A DNA stretch of 64,000 nucleotides from positions 96,001 to 160,000 of IMG/VR virus record IMGVR_UViG_3300029288_000077; one strand, 5' to 3'. Below, one piece after another: positions 9,845-18,818 of this stretch. The DNA is from a virus (lineage: Duplodnaviria; Caudoviricetes). The position numbers and the translations under genes were made by a program. Positions within the stretch are counted from its first letter, which is position 1; the number at the start of each line of letters is the position of its first letter. The notes beneath the pieces were generated by a model. That model saw only the letters and a program-made list of their open reading frames with translations, did no database searches and had not been told where the DNA came from.

Positions 9845-10690
9845 ATGGAAGCCATAGTTGTAGACAAATTTATTGATAAACGCACCGACCCAGTAAACCT
9901 GACGGTCTATGGGGACCTGCACGAAGACTCACGCATGTGTAACATAAAGAAGCTGCACGAACATATGAATCATCGAGCGAAATTAAAGAATGCTATGTTT
10001 GTTGGTATTGGGGATATGAGTGACTGGATTTTACCTTCTGATAAAAGATACACACCATCAAATACACGTATAGATGCAATACACCCAGGGTACGATGATT
10101 TGATTGATCGTGAAATAATGCGACAGGCAGAGTTCTATAAGAAGTTTCCGTGGGCTGTGCTGGGAATGGGCAACCATTGTCTGAAACCACTAAAAGTGCA
10201 TTACACCAACCCAGCAGAGAGACTGGCACAAATACTTGGATGTAAATATGGTGGGTACAGTGGATTTTTGAGGATTCGCATAAGACAAAAAGGTAAGATG
10301 AAGAATTATGTATCTAGTGATATCGTTGGCTCAGTTACCATACTCTACCATCATGGTGCGTGGGGTGGAAGAGTAATAAAGGGTTTTGGTGGTGCCAGGG
10401 ATTGGGGTAGGGCGCATGAAGGATGGGACGTTCTTTGTTATGGGCACTCACATCAAACAGTAGTACATCAAGAAGTCAGAAAAATGATGACACACAGAGG
10501 AAACATCGTAGACAAAGACGTGTATATAGTAAACTGCGGCACATTTTACTCTGGTGTTGCGGATGGTGGTCCGCCATCCTATGCAGAGAGAGGTGGCTTT
10601 CCACCAGTTTCGGTGGGAGCCCCTCTTATTACCATAACTCCGTGTGAACAATCCATACCACACATATCCATAAGTGTTGGAGACTGCTAA
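9845..10690 (+). CDS. Calcineurin-like metallophosphoesterase
   Basis: GDLH, GD..D, GNH, HHG, GHSH motifs. Confidence 0.88.
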   Translation: MEAIVVDKFIDKRTDPVNLTVYGDLHEDSRMCNIKKLHEHMNHRAKLKNAMFVGIGDMSDWILPSDKRYTPSNTRIDAIHPGYDDLIDREIMRQAEFYKKFPWAVLGMGNHCLKPLKVHYTNPAERLAQILGCKYGGYSGFLRIRIRQKGKMKNYVSSDIVGSVTILYHHGAWGGRVIKGFGGARDWGRAHEGWDVLCYGHSHQTVVHQEVRKMMTHRGNIVDKDVYIVNCGTFYSGVADGGPPSYAERGGFPPVSVGAPLITITPCEQSIPHISISVGDC

Positions 10691-10691
10691 T

Positions 10692-11489
10692 ATGAACATT
10701 GGAATAGCTGGGTTCGGGTTTGTGGGTCAGGCTGTGTATGCTTCTTTGAAACCTGAGTACAAAAAACAGTGCATTATTTATGATCCCCCGAAAGGTTTTG
10801 ATAATTTTGACCAACTGATTGCCAGCGATTTTGTATTTTGCTGTTTGCCGTCACCAACCATAAAAGACGAAAACTTAGGAATAAGTGGTCTTAGACAGGA
10901 CTTTTCTGCATATGAACAGTTTTTCAAAGCAGTAATTGGTCAATTAAAAAACAAACAAACTGTATTTATAGTAAAAAGTACAGTGCTGTATAGCAATATA
11001 CTCCCTTATTTATCACAGCTAAACATAGTAATGAATCCAGAGTTTCTGAACCAAAATACGTCTATTGAAGATTTTATGAATCAAAAATGGGTGTTGTTGG
11101 GAGGAAGGACGGACCGCTGTTGCCAAGTTAGGGATATGTATGATGAGTGCTTTGACCTTGGGTACACTATATGTGAATTTTGTAGTGAAAAGGAAGCCAT
11201 AGAGGCAAAATACATTCACAACTTGTACCATGCGTATAAAGTACTGTTTTGGAACTACGTACAAGAAGTAACCGGCAATGAACGAAAGATTTATGATTTG
11301 TACAAGAAAGTGTTGAAAGAACCAACTGATATGGCCAAAATTTGTGCAGATGGCTCACCTGGATTTGGTGGAGCATGCTTTCCAAAGGATTTGGCCGCCT
11401 TTGACGGAGAATTTCCGCATATGTTGACCAGGTTCATGCAAGAGTACAATCACCGATTAAGGTCGATGGGCTTCAAAACAAATCTTTAG
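10692..11489 (+). CDS. UDP-glucose/GDP-mannose dehydrogenase family protein
   Basis: GFGFVG, CLPSP, KSTV, NPEFL, GFGGACFPKD. Confidence 0.9.
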   Translation: MNIGIAGFGFVGQAVYASLKPEYKKQCIIYDPPKGFDNFDQLIASDFVFCCLPSPTIKDENLGISGLRQDFSAYEQFFKAVIGQLKNKQTVFIVKSTVLYSNILPYLSQLNIVMNPEFLNQNTSIEDFMNQKWVLLGGRTDRCCQVRDMYDECFDLGYTICEFCSEKEAIEAKYIHNLYHAYKVLFWNYVQEVTGNERKIYDLYKKVLKEPTDMAKICADGSPGFGGACFPKDLAAFDGEFPHMLTRFMQEYNHRLRSMGFKTNL

Positions 11490-11582
11490 TTCGAACTTTA
11501 ATATTTAGTTCGAACCTTCAACCTCCCTACGAAATAACAGCGTATTTAGGAGCATGAAACGTTTTGTCCGACTTGTGTTATA

Positions 11583-11879
11583 ATGGAGGTGTTGGATAAC
11601 TGCATAAGGAGTTGTGCAATGTATAATGTAATAATTCAAAGATTGTGGAATTGCATTCTATGGTTATTTTACAAAGAAAGACGATCAATAGGTTGGTGGA
11701 TTAAGAACCTTGAAAGAAGGACTGGCGGCAAAACAATAAATATACCACAAAGTGTGCAGTATGGAAATCTGCTGGTCATAACACACGATGGCTGGAAAAT
11801 CACTGATCACAGTGGTAATGGAACCGGTTTTACGCTCATGCACTTACAATCTGGGAGGGTGTTGATAATAAGAAAATAA
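11583..11879 (+). CDS. Hypothetical protein
   Basis: ORF follows an extended -10 (TGTTATAAT); true start is probably downstream of GGAGG. Confidence 0.4.
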   Translation: MEVLDNCIRSCAMYNVIIQRLWNCILWLFYKERRSIGWWIKNLERRTGGKTINIPQSVQYGNLLVITHDGWKITDHSGNGTGFTLMHLQSGRVLIIRK

Positions 11880-11884
11880 CTATC

Positions 11885-11913
11885 TTTACTGATTATTATA
11901 TGTGTAGTATAAT
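11885..11913 (+). promoter_or_regulatory. Sigma70-type promoter, divergent member of the repeated family
   Basis: TTTACT-17-TATAAT; spacer shares TATTATA..TGT.G with the other copies. Confidence 0.65.
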
Positions 11914-11931
11914 GTGTACCAGGAGGTGCTT

Positions 11932-12096
11932 ATGATGGGTAGTGCTGTAAAGTTTATGAGAATGCTTTCTGAGGCCAAGACTGAAGAAGAAGTGACCAGA
12001 AAGTGGACCAAGAGACGAGTCTTGCAATTCGCAAGTGGTGTGAGGAAAACTGTATCGAAATGGGCGGAGGTTGGTGACATATGGGCAATTCAATGA
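11932..12096 (+). CDS. Small protein whose N-terminus resembles that of the 783-aa nuclease-MTase
   Basis: AGGAGG RBS. MGSAVKFMRMLSEAKTEEEVT vs MGSTIKFVKSLLNTKTESEVT. Confidence 0.6.
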   Translation: MMGSAVKFMRMLSEAKTEEEVTRKWTKRRVLQFASGVRKTVSKWAEVGDIWAIQ

Positions 12097-12245
12097 AACA
12101 TAAGCTGTTTTGGGTTGAGTATAACAACGGTAAAATCGAAAAGAAGTACAAGATTTTCAAGAATGTTAAAGACCGAGACAATTTTTCTAAGGAGCTGGTG
12201 AAGAAGGAACATTTTGTCGCTTTCAGGACATGGGCGTGTACATAG
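12093..12245 (+). CDS. 50-aa hypothetical protein, not in the ORF track
   Basis: ATGA overlap; MKHKLFWVEYNNGKIEKK... Confidence 0.5.
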   Translation: MKHKLFWVEYNNGKIEKKYKIFKNVKDRDNFSKELVKKEHFVAFRTWACT

Positions 12246-12262
12246 TTCGGTGGAGATTAGCC

Positions 12263-12694
12263 ATGCAATTTGTTTATGACGATGGTGGGCGTGCTGCTGC
12301 AGGGTTCAAGGGAGATGCCGGTGATTGTGTTTGTCGTGCTATTGCAATTGCTTGCCAGAAACCTTATTTGGAGGTGTACGACGCACTGAATGTGTGTGCA
12401 AAGGATGAACGTATTACAAAGAGACGGCCAAAAAGATCAAGTGCACGTACCGGTGTAAATAAGGGTATCATCAAAAAGTACTTGGCTGGTATTGGTGCTA
12501 AGTGGGTGCCGACCATGCACATCGGTGCGGGCTGTAAAGTACATTTACGAGACGGGGAAATTCCGATGGGCAGGCTGGTGGTGCAGGTTAGCAAGCACCT
12601 GGTGGCAGTAATTAACGGCGTAGTTCACGATACCTACAATCCAGATCGCGACGAAAGCAGGTGCGTGTATGGGTACTGGTGGGTGGTGCCATGA
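12263..12694 (+). CDS. Conserved phage protein (possible Cys/His thiol-enzyme-like motifs)
   Basis: GGAGA RBS; DDGGR..AG.KG..GDCV.RAIAIA, HLVAVING..HD, VYGYW. Confidence 0.6.
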   Translation: MQFVYDDGGRAAAGFKGDAGDCVCRAIAIACQKPYLEVYDALNVCAKDERITKRRPKRSSARTGVNKGIIKKYLAGIGAKWVPTMHIGAGCKVHLRDGEIPMGRLVVQVSKHLVAVINGVVHDTYNPDRDESRCVYGYWWVVP

Positions 12695-12873
12695 GTCGTA
12701 AAGAATTACTCGATGATAGATTTGTTCGGTGGGAGGTGGTGGTCTGTGACAAGTGCGGCGCAGAGTGGACTGTAGATGTTGCTGAGAAACGTGGGTGGGA
12801 TTTAGACAACAATGGACGTGATTTTTGTAATTACTGTGCTGTTGCGAAAAAGAAGAAAAATGTTAAGTATTAG
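12691..12873 (+). CDS. Small Zn-ribbon protein
   Basis: CDKC...GW...DFCNYC. Confidence 0.5.
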   Translation: MSRKELLDDRFVRWEVVVCDKCGAEWTVDVAEKRGWDLDNNGRDFCNYCAVAKKKKNVKY

Positions 12874-13075
12874 ATAGTCTTTCAATCTCTCTATTTACAT
12901 ACCACGCCGCTTTCTGTAAATCTTCAAGTTGATTGTTCTTCAAACCAGCGCGCCACAAATATTTTATGGCATTGCCGATGTTGAAATTGAAGTGTTCTAC
13001 CACCGTGATACACTCTACACCTGATGGGTGACTGTTGTAGTGTGGTGGGTGATTCACTTTTTCTTTCTTTGTCAT
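12863..13075 (-). CDS. DUF3310 family protein
   Basis: VNHPPHY...GNAIKYLWRAGLK...EDLQKA.WY. Confidence 0.9.
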   Translation of the reverse strand: MTKKEKVNHPPHYNSHPSGVECITVVEHFNFNIGNAIKYLWRAGLKNNQLEDLQKAAWYVNREIERLSNT

Positions 13076-13362
13076 TAATACAGCACCTTGTGTTTGGAGG
13101 TGTCCACCAATTCTATGTATATGCTTGAATTCATGGACTTTGCTAGTTTTACCATCATTCGAAGTGTGAGTTTGGCTGGGCTTATGGCTATGGCTCGCAA
13201 TTCCTTAACAGTCAATCCGAGTTCTTTTGATAGTATATCATAGTTGCACCGGCCGACTTCTTTTGATGCCTGTCTGAGTTTGTCTGTGGCATATGATATA
13301 GACTTATCCACTATCTGTTTGTTGATGTGATATAGTTCAATGTTGACCTCTTCCTCGGTCAT
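13075..13362 (-). CDS. HTH-like hypothetical protein
   Basis: LSKELGLT...LTLRMMVKLAKSM. Confidence 0.45.
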   Translation of the reverse strand: MTEEEVNIELYHINKQIVDKSISYATDKLRQASKEVGRCNYDILSKELGLTVKELRAIAISPAKLTLRMMVKLAKSMNSSIYIELVDTSKHKVLY

Positions 13363-13787
13363 GTATTCAGCCTCATTTTGGCTATGCCGTTACCGGTAGT
13401 AAACCACACGTCTCTGCACCCAAGCTCCCTTAGGTATGCAGAACAACACGGACACGGCTTGCTGTTTTTCAATATACCTTTCTTTGACATTCTGACATTC
13501 AAAACCTCCCAAGTCTTGTTTTGATTCAATATTCCTTTGGCTTTTCTGTAGGCATCAGTCTCTGAATGTATCTTTCCATATTTTGGGTATCCATGATAAA
13601 TCAAAGGATCAGCCGACCTATTGTAACCCACTTCTACTATAGCGTTGTCTTGTACCACAAAGGTGAAGTGTGCATGATACCTGATCTGCGGGTGTCTCTT
13701 CTCGAATATTTTCTTTCGAGCCCTGGCAACGCACTCGCGTATAACAGTATCCTTCATGCAGACTGGTTGTACTATTACTATGCTCAA
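13359..13787 (-). CDS. Zn-dependent cytidine-deaminase-fold protein
   Basis: VGYN, HSE, SKPCPCC. Confidence 0.75.
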   Translation of the reverse strand: MSIVIVQPVCMKDTVIRECVARARKKIFEKRHPQIRYHAHFTFVVQDNAIVEVGYNRSADPLIYHGYPKYGKIHSETDAYRKAKGILNQNKTWEVLNVRMSKKGILKNSKPCPCCSAYLRELGCRDVWFTTGNGIAKMRLNT

Positions 13788-13858
13788 TAGTAAATATACG
13801 AGGATTTATGATCTTGTTGCTGTGTTTGATTAAATTATTGTGAAAGGCGGGTAAATGC

Positions 13859-14254
13859 ATGGAAACCGTAAGTAATATCATAGACCAGGCATTTTTGAAA
13901 TCATTAGAAGAACGGATAGTTGCGTTTGTGCTAGATGACAACCACATTTACCTGTTCCTTGGTCTTATATCTATAATGGCGTTGCTTAGGTATGTACCAT
14001 ATTTTCAAAAAGTGGTTTTTACAGAGTCAAGAAAATGGTTAGCCGCTCCAATAAACGTAGCATTGAGCGTGGTTGGTGTATTTCTACTGAGTATGACGCC
14101 TGCTACCACCACGGGTTTGAAAATCGTGGTAGTTGCGGTTGAGTCTACGTTGGCAACCTTCTTGTATGAAGCAGCTCTGAAGAGACTCATTAGCATGGTA
14201 CAAAGTAGATTAGAAAAGTACAAGAATGGTGATGCTGCGCCGCCCACCGTATAA
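13859..14254 (+). CDS. Multi-TM membrane protein, possible holin
   Basis: About three hydrophobic helices and a charged C-terminus. Confidence 0.45.
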   Translation: METVSNIIDQAFLKSLEERIVAFVLDDNHIYLFLGLISIMALLRYVPYFQKVVFTESRKWLAAPINVALSVVGVFLLSMTPATTTGLKIVVVAVESTLATFLYEAALKRLISMVQSRLEKYKNGDAAPPTV

Positions 14255-14275
14255 CCGAATGGTGTTGTGTAAGTA

Positions 14276-15193
14276 ATGTCCCCGCACTGGATCAGCCCCT
14301 TCCGCGTAAGAAGAGTAACCAACATACTTAGTTTTGGTGTTCGCCAGAACTATGAATTACTGAACACTGGCGGCGAGGCGATGTTTCTGTTGAAACGCAT
14401 GTCTCGCTCCAATGCCACTTTTCAATTAGCAGACAGACGAATAGATACCATCACACAAATAGCTTCCGGAGGGTCATTTAGTACCGACCCAGAGACTGGT
14501 GATTATCGGTGTAAGCTGTGGGGATCACACTCAGATCCAGACACAGCTTATCCAGATCTTGGTACTCTTACATGCACTGTTCAAGCCAGTGGCGGGGCAG
14601 CCGGTGTCTGGGATCCTGCCATAGATAAATATAGCTTCATATTAGGCGCGGAGGAGTATTCACCAGATATTTTTCAAAATCAAATCGAGTCTGACGGAAC
14701 AGAACTAGAAGATGCTGTGTATATTGTGTTTAATACGCCGCCATTTTCTTTGGATGATATAGCTATTTTTAATTATGGTACTATCAATCCACAGGTTAAA
14801 TTTAACAGGATGCAACCCATCATAGATAGTTATTCGGTATTCAAAGATTCACTGTTTTCGTATGAACAGTGGTTGGACCCAAATTCAAGGATAAGATCTA
14901 GAAAGCAACCCAATAGACTGTTGGTGGCGTTTCCTGGTACTTTGATGGATTTCAAGGTAACAGATGGTGGTCTTATTAGACAGATGCAAGATACCTATTG
15001 GACTGTGCCGCCTCCGTACGGACCAAAAGTTCAAGAACACGACATATTAGTTCGTGAAAGTTCAGGGCAGAGGTTTCAGATTATAGATTTAACACCGATT
15101 TATGTAGAAGATATATTAGTTTCACAGCACTTTTCGTTGAGTGAGTATGATCCAAAGTCGTCAGTGTATGATATAGAAGTGCAAACGGTGTGA
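14276..15193 (+). CDS. Putative neck/head-closure protein
   Basis: Position before tail terminator and sheath; W.VP...P....DILV....RF.I. Confidence 0.45.
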   Translation: MSPHWISPFRVRRVTNILSFGVRQNYELLNTGGEAMFLLKRMSRSNATFQLADRRIDTITQIASGGSFSTDPETGDYRCKLWGSHSDPDTAYPDLGTLTCTVQASGGAAGVWDPAIDKYSFILGAEEYSPDIFQNQIESDGTELEDAVYIVFNTPPFSLDDIAIFNYGTINPQVKFNRMQPIIDSYSVFKDSLFSYEQWLDPNSRIRSRKQPNRLLVAFPGTLMDFKVTDGGLIRQMQDTYWTVPPPYGPKVQEHDILVRESSGQRFQIIDLTPIYVEDILVSQHFSLSEYDPKSSVYDIEVQTV

Positions 15194-15194
15194 C

Positions 15195-15803
15195 ATGGCT
15201 TTAACTATGGTGTACAGAGGTATTGAGTTTATACGAGAATACGTAGCGTTATATTTGAAAGCAGCATTTATGGCAAATACTAAAGGTGCTGTAATATTTA
15301 CAGACGGAACCAACAAAATTACTTTCAGTAGAGAACCGCACGTGTCAGTTGCACAGGAGTGGGTTGAACGAGAAATACCATCAGTGTTGATTGGTAGTCC
15401 CAGCGGTGAATTCGGACTTAGAACTTTTGCCAATGATTTACTCAGGAATGATGACAACACAGAAGGAACGGGAAGTGCGTATAAATATACAGGTGGTGAT
15501 ATAGAGCTTACCCATGAAATAGTGATACGCTCCAAAACCGCCGCAGAACGTGATAGACTGGTTGATACTGTTTGTTTGTTGTTGTCACACCCAGATGCAC
15601 GTGCATTTTTTGGAAAACAGAACATAGCGGTACCTAAACCTCCTTCAATAGGTGGTTATAGGGAGATAAATGAACCAACCATAGATTATCCTATATATGA
15701 AGGTACTCTATCTTTTTATACGTGCGGATATTGGCAAGACAAAGAAGAGTTGGGTGAGAAACTGTTGGATATCATAGTCGAAGTAATAACATATATGGAA
15801 TGA
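15195..15803 (+). CDS. Putative tail completion/terminator protein
   Basis: IPSVLI and SKTAAERDRLVD motifs; immediately precedes the sheath. Confidence 0.55.
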   Translation: MALTMVYRGIEFIREYVALYLKAAFMANTKGAVIFTDGTNKITFSREPHVSVAQEWVEREIPSVLIGSPSGEFGLRTFANDLLRNDDNTEGTGSAYKYTGGDIELTHEIVIRSKTAAERDRLVDTVCLLLSHPDARAFFGKQNIAVPKPPSIGGYREINEPTIDYPIYEGTLSFYTCGYWQDKEELGEKLLDIIVEVITYME

Positions 15804-15877
15804 TGACTACGCCCATTAATAAAAAGAAGTTCTTTTGTGTGACAATGTAAACACGTAGTTTCTGAGGAGAGCAAACC

Positions 15878-17242
15878 ATGGCAGAACGAGTACCGGGCGT
15901 TATAACAACGATCACTGATGATACTGGTCGGATAGTGCCCCCCACCTTTAGACGGTACGTTACAATCATCGGTGTTGGAGATGCTTACAAGCTTATTCAG
16001 AACCGCAGAATGGTACGTGGTGCAGGCACCAACGACGCAATTCCTACCGTTACTCAAGTAAACACAATTGTGTCTGTTGGTGATTTACCAGGCATTTCAA
16101 AATATATTGATGGTGCCGACTATCAATTGTCTGGTGATGAAGTAGAATGGTTGGCTGGCGGTGATGAACCGGGTGCTGGTGATGCGTATTACCTAACTTT
16201 TACAGAGACTCGTCCGGCAAGCGCGTATCAGCCCATTCTATATTTCAATGACAACCTTGCAATTGCCAATCACGGCAACGTACTTATGACTACTGGTCAA
16301 ATCAATGATGTTACTAAAGGCGTGCAATTGGCTTTGGAAAACGGCGGTAAAGGTGTAATAGCTTTACAATTAGACTTGAGAGCTGCAGTCAATCCAAATG
16401 CACCAACCGGGCAGGAGCTGGAAAACGCTTTCTTGGCCTGTATTGACAAGCTAGAGCGCATTACTGATGCCAAGCTGTTAATGGTGGGCATGTCAAGCGG
16501 TGTTATGCAAACCGTGACTGCCGCCAATATCCTGTACAGTCATGCCATACTGGCTTCACAGCCAGAGCGCAAGCAATGGCGCACGGTGATGATGGCCATG
16601 CCTGCTGGTACTAGTTATTTGGAATTTGTGGCTGCACAAGCAGCGTATGCTAATTCACGGATGGTTGTTCCGGCCATACCTACGAATCTGTCTATGCCGG
16701 GTTTGCTTGGTACCTATGATTCTCGGTATTACTGTGCTGCGCTCGCAGGAAAGCTGCTGTCAGGTGGTGTAGGCGACACATATTACGATGAAATAATCTC
16801 TGGTATCACCTTTGGTGACTCTTACAACTACACGCCAGACGAATTAGAGTACTTGGTGCAACACAGTGTGTCCCCAGCCAAGTCCTTGTCTGGTGTGGTC
16901 AGAAACGTGGCCGCATTCACTACTGATGGAACCAGTGCACTTACTGAGGATTTGGGCGTACAAGATATCAAGGACTACACTGCGTATGCTTGGAACAAGA
17001 AGTTGTGGGAAGTATTTCGCAACAAGCGGTCTGCAATTGGTTTAGCTGGTGAGATAAAGTCTGCTTCTGAGAACTTCTTAGATACTTTTATTGATAAAGG
17101 TACCATAGCTAACCACAGAAATGTGGCTGCATACCAAGATATAACTGAACCGAGGAAGTATCGGGTTACTGGACAGATCTTGCCGGTGTTTGGTGTTGGG
17201 TGGATGGACGTTGACTTCGTGTTCTTTATGTCATTTGTATGA
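15878..17242 (+). CDS. Contractile tail sheath protein
   Basis: N-terminal PGV, YYCAALAG, C-terminal V..QILPVFGVGWMDVDF; strong RBS. Confidence 0.85.
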   Translation: MAERVPGVITTITDDTGRIVPPTFRRYVTIIGVGDAYKLIQNRRMVRGAGTNDAIPTVTQVNTIVSVGDLPGISKYIDGADYQLSGDEVEWLAGGDEPGAGDAYYLTFTETRPASAYQPILYFNDNLAIANHGNVLMTTGQINDVTKGVQLALENGGKGVIALQLDLRAAVNPNAPTGQELENAFLACIDKLERITDAKLLMVGMSSGVMQTVTAANILYSHAILASQPERKQWRTVMMAMPAGTSYLEFVAAQAAYANSRMVVPAIPTNLSMPGLLGTYDSRYYCAALAGKLLSGGVGDTYYDEIISGITFGDSYNYTPDELEYLVQHSVSPAKSLSGVVRNVAAFTTDGTSALTEDLGVQDIKDYTAYAWNKKLWEVFRNKRSAIGLAGEIKSASENFLDTFIDKGTIANHRNVAAYQDITEPRKYRVTGQILPVFGVGWMDVDFVFFMSFV

Positions 17243-17260
17243 TAAACAAGGCGGTGATAC

Positions 17261-17725
17261 ATGGGATACCCACAAGTCAGTGTACCTGAAACCTCGAAAG
17301 TAGTTTCGTATGCTTACAGCATTACTGTGAATGGTGCTGCAATCGGCTCGTTTGAAAACTTTTCTTCACGTTCACAGCGTGTGGTCGAACGTGTACGCGA
17401 AATTTTATTTTCTCGTGGACCGGAAACAGTAGAGTTGCTGTGGGGCGGCACCGACACTAGCATCGACCTGCGATACGTGGAGATGTACGAAAAGTCGTGT
17501 TTTGAGGCCATTGGTTACCCAGTGTATGCTCTTGAGGACATGAATTTCCCAGTTACTATTATTGAAGTGATGAAGCTGCCAGACTCTATTGGTGGCATTC
17601 GTCAGATTGAATACATTGATGCTGTGTGTGAATCCTGGGGCAAGGAGCTTGAGGCTGGTGCGCCTAAAGTGGTTTCATCTATGACTTTCCAAATCAGGAA
17701 GGTGAAGGGTACCAGGCTCAGTTGA
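17261..17725 (+). CDS. Tail tube protein
   Basis: 154 aa directly after the sheath; ITVNG..IG...VREI. Confidence 0.8.
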   Translation: MGYPQVSVPETSKVVSYAYSITVNGAAIGSFENFSSRSQRVVERVREILFSRGPETVELLWGGTDTSIDLRYVEMYEKSCFEAIGYPVYALEDMNFPVTIIEVMKLPDSIGGIRQIEYIDAVCESWGKELEAGAPKVVSSMTFQIRKVKGTRLS

Positions 17726-17765
17726 TGCAATGTTTTCTTAGTACACGAAACGAACAGAGGATGAC

Positions 17766-18305
17766 ATGACCACTGAACCTTCCAAGTCTGACATCAGCAC
17801 ACCTAAAAGCAAAGACGCAGAATTTTTTAGAAACAAAAGCTTGGCTGCTATAGAAGATCTGTTCCGTGTGGGGTATACTGAATCGGGTGATATAGTTGTA
17901 TTTAGAGATGAGTCAAAAGAGATAGAAATTACAGCCAGATTTAGGACATTGACCCCTACCGAGATCAGAGACGTAGAGGAAATAGTTAGTAAGTATGAAT
18001 CTGCTGGTGCCAAAGGTGTTATGCAAGGTGTAGAAACACTGGCTCGTGCTATAATACACATCAACGGCAGACCACTTATATTACCGACCAACGAAGTTGA
18101 GGAGTTGAAAAAGCAAATAGGTAGAGAGCCTGACAGACTAGATCAGGCTCGGGAAATACTCCACAACAAAGTGCGAAGCTGGTATGTACTTGATGCGATG
18201 TTTGACGCGTACCAAGAGTTTACTGCTGAGCTGGACGGGTATTTTGAAGGTCTAAAAAAAAAGTTGAAGAGTCAACAGCCTTCCAGCTCGACTGGTCAAT
18301 CATAA
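17766..18305 (+). CDS. Tail assembly chaperone (gpG-like)
   Basis: Between tube and tape measure; FRTLT..E, TLARAI..ING; ends in a slippery LKKK. Confidence 0.8.
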   Translation: MTTEPSKSDISTPKSKDAEFFRNKSLAAIEDLFRVGYTESGDIVVFRDESKEIEITARFRTLTPTEIRDVEEIVSKYESAGAKGVMQGVETLARAIIHINGRPLILPTNEVEELKKQIGREPDRLDQAREILHNKVRSWYVLDAMFDAYQEFTAELDGYFEGLKKKLKSQQPSSSTGQS

Positions 18306-18811
18306 GGTACTTCAAAGTACTGCCTACAGATCCAAACTTTCAAAATCTAAGCCCACTTCAAAAAATAATACTGTCTACATTCATACAACGTCAAGAGGGG
18401 TATGAATATGACTTACAAAAGGCCATGCTAAACCAGTTAAAGATGTACATACGTCCAGAAATGTACGTTGAAGAGTTTGGCTTGGGGGATGACAAGACAG
18501 GTAGAACCAATTCGGAGTTTGAACAGCACTCCCAAACGGCCAGGATGACTGGGAAGCCCTTACTATCCAAGGAGATGAAAGAGGCCGTCCGGAGGGCCTG
18601 GGAAGGCCGGGAAAGGGTAAGAGGAAAGTCGTGCCTGTTCCCCGACCTGCAACAGCCAAAACAACGCCCCGAAGCGCCACTGCCTGTTGGCGCGGTGCGT
18701 CAAATAGTGCTCGATCCGGATGGTAATGTAATACATGAAACGGTGGTTACACCGGATGCCCCTGCATCCGATAAAATAAAATCTGATGAAGAAGACACTC
18801 CACTAGGATAA
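18254..18811 (+). CDS. Frameshift extension of the tail chaperone (gpGT-like)
   Basis: The -1 frame is open from the A9G run and continues into ORF 18425..18811 (W...YFKVLPTDPNFQNL...Q). Confidence 0.75.
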   Translation, partial: KKKVEESTAFQLDWSIIRYFKVLPTDPNFQNLSPLQKIILSTFIQRQEGYEYDLQKAMLNQLKMYIRPEMYVEEFGLGDDKTGRTNSEFEQHSQTARMTGKPLLSKEMKEAVRRAWEGRERVRGKSCLFPDLQQPKQRPEAPLPVGAVRQIVLDPDGNVIHETVVTPDAPASDKIKSDEEDTPLG

Positions 18812-18818
18812 GTACTAT

